Origin: Phoronis australis
Taxonomy: Eukaryota > Animalia > Phoronida
Direction of reading: 5' to 3'
Length of the DNA stretch: 64,000 bases
NCBI GenBank assembly: GCA_002633005.1
Contig: NMRA01000423.1
Coordinates: forward strand, 122,676-186,675
This document shows positions 59,401-64,000 of this stretch, in pieces. How positions within the stretch are numbered: the stretch's first letter is position 1; each line of letters opens with the position of its first letter. Position numbers and translations under genes: made by a program. Below the pieces are notes generated by a model. That model saw only the letters and a program-made list of their open reading frames with translations. It had not been told where the DNA came from and ran no database searches.

Positions 59401-62400
59401 TTGCCTTCTGTATAAAATCCTGTCCACACACAACTAGCCTACATGTACACTAGCCTATACTAGTGCAATTTACCGGCCACTCACTTTTAAGTGGACCGTC
59501 TACACACACAAATCCCATAACTAGGGTAAGGCCGAAGTTGCACTACATGTATTATACGTGACAATGAACAGCTAATGCCAACAGGAGGCGCAAAAGCAGA
59601 CGAGTCTGTATGTAACCTCTGCTGATAATTACTTCGCCTTGACCCAGGTTTGTGGCCATATACAGATATTAGAAGTGGCTCAAGTTACCCTAGAACAAAT
59701 AACCATACCTCGATAAGGTGGAGTAAGTAGTCACAAGTGGGGTAAGTTACACTAGGATTTAAATAGCATCCACACAGCCTCCAAATCTAGCGACAACTCC
59801 AGGAGTAACTTGTTGTAGTAACTAACTCTGTGTATAGACAGCACTAAGTTACTATATATTACAGTAATGTATATGATAACTTCACATGGAAATAGAGGAA
59901 CTTCCTATCAATTGAGCACCTGACAGATTGACTAAACTAGCCAAAACAAAAGCAAAAAATACATCTAATAAACATTTATTTAATAATGTCACTGCTTGTA
60001 CCAGGCAATTAACACTGATCTCAATCTTATGCAATGCTTTTGCTTCACACAACAAATATATTATAACACAACAACAAGGAAGTCATTGACTAAGTCAAAT
60101 AGTCACGTGATCTAGCAGAGTGAGATTGACAGTTTGTGACACTGCTGTCCCATGAAAGACACATCTCCAAACTAAGCTACAGAGATTCATACATTTAAAT
60201 AACACTCTCAAACTTGAGCATAATGGTATGTACCACACTTATTATACTTGATTATCTACACAGTAGATAAATCAACACAATCTCATACATTTAAATAACA
60301 CTCTCAAACTTGTGCCTATGTAACACACTAAATGTACTTGGTATGTACTATTAAAATATTAAAAAGTCATTGCTTAGCACTATAAAATGGGCCAGTCACT
60401 TTTTGGCTCCTGCCACAAGTTTTGTCAAAAACCTTGCCATTCACAAGTTACAAAAGGTTCTTTGAGTAAAATTTAGTTTTTACTTAATATTCATATGACC
60501 TGCTGGTGGAGTGCCAATGTATAGGACACCAGTTGAATCACAAATATCCTCTCCCCCAAAAAATTACGTTTCAATAAAAAAATTTCAGCACAAGAAACAT
60601 ACTTATTCACCCTAAATAACTGTTTTGTGTTCTATGAGTTGCAACAGGCAGGACCATCAGCAGTTTATTCAGCATTAAAAAGCAGGTCATCTGAAATGGG
60701 TTTTCCCCAATTTCTCAGAAGGTCCATGACCAACGACAAGCGACTACATCTTATGACAAGTAAAACTGGTGTTATGATATGGCACGTTATTGTGGACATG
60801 GTTTGGAATAACGTTTCATGTACATTACATTTATTTACTTCTAAATAGACTCTTCTATTCTTGATAGATTAATGAACTCCAAGAGATGTGAGCAAGTTAC
60901 TTGGTTACTGCACTTGGGTGTAAAAAAGCTGAACAGACTCCCTAACCTGGGTGTCCATTGAGTCAGGGGTGTCCATTCGCACGCTCTGGACACCCTCTAA
61001 ATGAAGGCCTGGGACAAACTCGTTCCTAGGTGTGATGTATGTGTGTTGCAACCAGTGAGACATTTTCACTAAACAAAGAAAATCGATGCAAACTGAGTTA
61101 CTCATGTAACCACAAGAACAAAATGCACAACTATGCGCAGAAAACAATCAAACTGAGACTCACTAATTCCTCCAGGAAAAATGTCATGTAGAAGGTAGCA
61201 TTGTTTTGCAGGCTAGACTCGTGATTAAGTGGTTTGCTTGTAACATATGGCAATATCTAGCAACAAATTAATACGTGCTCTTGCTTTTCTCCTAAGAACC
61301 ACACAATATGGAATGCAGCCAAGTTCATGCACTACATTTCAAGGTGTTCAACACTAACAGAGTCATTGAGCACGTATGATACTCAGCATACAAAAGTCAC
61401 TAAGCCTGCTCCATGTCCCTGTACTGTATCATCAACTAGTCAGCACCATTGCAAATCCCCTTACAAAACGTATTACATACTGTTTGGTTTAAACCATTTC
61501 TTGAACAGAGTTTTGTTGTCGTAGTTATATTGGCGGGGTTACCCAAACAGTCCCAGCCAACAGAAGAAAACTTGATTTCATCTCTGACACGTAGGCTCAG
61601 AAAAAGATGCCCGAAAGAGATTTTTCAAGCCATACTGCACCGGCACCAGGAGAACAGTTGTACAAGGGTCAGAATAAACCACAATTCTGACAGTGACAAA
61701 TGGATTAAGTCACTAATCCTAACTGTTCGTAACATTTGGCAATTTAAGGCATTGGTGTACTCGAGTGTGATGCTCATCATGAGTTGTATTATCCAGACCC
61801 ACATCAGTAGCGGATCCAGGATTTTGAGTTGGGGGGGGCAGGGTGCAGGAATAACCAGAATTTCGGCACATGCACGTGCCCAGCCTAAAATGTAGGGATG
61901 CAGGGGACTCCAATTTTTGGGTTTGCGGACCTTATTACTAAAAAAAATGGTAAACGGGGTTTGGGCATTGTGCATTCGCCCCAGAGCATATGCTAGCAAT
62001 TTGCACCCTCAACTGCCAAATAGTGGGGGAATGTTAGCGTAACTGCACGTGTCTCAGTAGTCACGGTAGACTTTAAAGTGCTTAAAACCCCCATTTACCT
62101 TGTTTTGATGAGTGACTACTGCATACTACAAACGTAAATTTAATGTCCCAAAAACAAGAAAATAGAAGGAAAGTGACATCAGTTGAAAGTTTCTTAGTTC
62201 TACAGAGATGAGTGTCACATGTGAATGTACCCAGCGCCAGTGAGTCTTGTCCACCAACAAGCGAGTTTATTGCTCAAACTTGTGCCATATCTGCAATTGT
62301 CTGTTGTTCACAACATGAAAGTGAAAACGGACACAGCATGGTCAAATACCAAGCAGTCACAACCACTAAAAACACAGTGTCTTGACATTTCCACAAGAAA

Positions 62401-64000
62401 TCAAGCAGCAACGTCTGACGACTTTCACACTCAACGCGTTGAATGATGACCAGTGCTGTGGTTGGTTATACCGATTTTACAATGTATGCTTCGACCAATA
62501 AATGCTCATACCTCGAGATCAGCTAATTAATATCGTCACATAATGTTTGCAGGCCTTCTAATTTGGCAGTTTTGTGGTCAACTGGTGGGGTTGCTTTTCT
62601 GTGTTCTTGGCACGAAAGTAATAATTTTTAGCACTTTAAATTATGGTCGGATCACAAGTGTTTACACTCAATCTCCTCTCAACACTTCGACATCGTCATC
62701 TTCAATCCAGTGTAAAGAAAGCGATGAGCATATTTCAAACAGATGTCCATACAGAAATCCTACAGTTTTGTTGGTAAATTAAGAGACAGTCCATATAAAA
62801 ACCAGTAGATTTTCAAAAATCAGTCTATACGTCAAAATTTAAAATAACTTCATTTTTTGTACATGAGTAGGTATCCTAACATAAATCCAAATGCCAAATT
62901 TTGTGCACTCAATGACTCCTAATTTCGCCGCTGGAGCATGATAACACAAATTGGCACAATTGGGCATATTAGCCGTCTCAAAAATCGCATGTTTTCAGCA
63001 ACAAAAATGAGTAACATACAAAATAGATCGAAAGCTATATTTTGGTGGCTGAAATAACCAACGTATACTGTACATAATTATGTGCCATTTATCAAAATCT
63101 GACAGTTTTGTGCTAGACAGGGGAGATAATCCACAGACCACTTTTGGGGGCTAATTTTAGTGGCCATTTTTGTGACCTTCTCACTGCCATAAAACACCTT
63201 GTAGCCTTATGTGACGTTTTGAACGTACAGTTAAAGAGTTAGTCTTGATGACTGAGCAATAAAAAATCTTGCCTCAACTTTGCACCTTAGTGAAAATTGT
63301 CTTGCAAAACTGTCTATTTTCATAGTTTGGAAATGACGAACAGACTTTACAGACCATTTGAACAAACTTTTAGGCAAGAAGTCTGCTTTACATAGTCATA
63401 GAAACCAAGTCTAAACTCTTTCAAATGAAAACAAGATGTTTTCCGGATTTATTACGCGGCTAGTATCAAAACTGAACCCGATGACCTTTGCCCACCTTTG
63501 AGGGAGTCAGTTGAGGTTAAGCTTGAGGATATATAAAAAATGTACGTGTAACCCTCTTGTATTCTTTCATTTCTTTTACATTATCAGGTTAATTTAAACA
63601 CCCTGTAGAAATTTTAAATGGAAATACATGTAGATGCCTTTAAGATTAAACGAGAATGAATTGATAGTTGTAATGACTGGTTTTGAGAGAAGCAAGCGCA
63701 TTTTAAAAAGACAAAATGGCGGACGATTTCGATGGGCCTTCATGTTCCTTTAGAGTTTATTCTGCAAAAAATCCGATCACAAAAGCTTTGTGCTTTAGTG
63801 AGTTATGTCAAAGACACCACAGAACATTTGCGATACAGGAAACTACCTCCTAAAACAAGGCCTGTGCCAGAGTACGCACTCGTACTACCCAGATTCGGTG
63901 AATTTCTGACTGAACAGGACCAGTCATGGAAGAGTCAGGTAATGCTGGATGTTACCACTCTGCTACTCTCCTCCTGAACGTAGCAGCCTTGTCAAATTCT

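Overview
AT-rich eukaryotic (animal, probably marine invertebrate) genomic DNA with spliceosomal GT-AG introns and many transposon remnants. No prokaryotic features, rRNA, tRNA or CRISPR arrays were found. Four spliced genes could be assembled by hand with phase-consistent exons. (1) + strand, ~3.6-12.5 kb: a type I membrane protein with a CUB domain, 17 TSP1 repeats plus a degenerate 18th, a TM helix and a short tail; all TSP1 repeats lie in one 3,150-bp exon. (2) - strand, ~28.1-18.0 kb: a secreted coiled-coil + 2xTSP1 + fibrinogen-related (FReD) protein whose exon 2 appears to carry a stop and a frameshift. (3) + strand, 31.2-37.6 kb: a p75NTR-like TNF-receptor family protein with no death domain, whose tail has a PxIxIT calcineurin-docking-like motif. 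(4) + strand, ~45.0-54.7 kb: dihydropyrimidinase with all metal ligands. Mobile DNA includes a TTAA-flanked, internally deleted Kolobok-like THAP element with ~310-bp inverted repeats that duplicate the transposase start, several MITEs, LINE RT and endonuclease relics, a Tc1-like relic, and micro/minisatellites. All calls are by-eye readings with no database searches.
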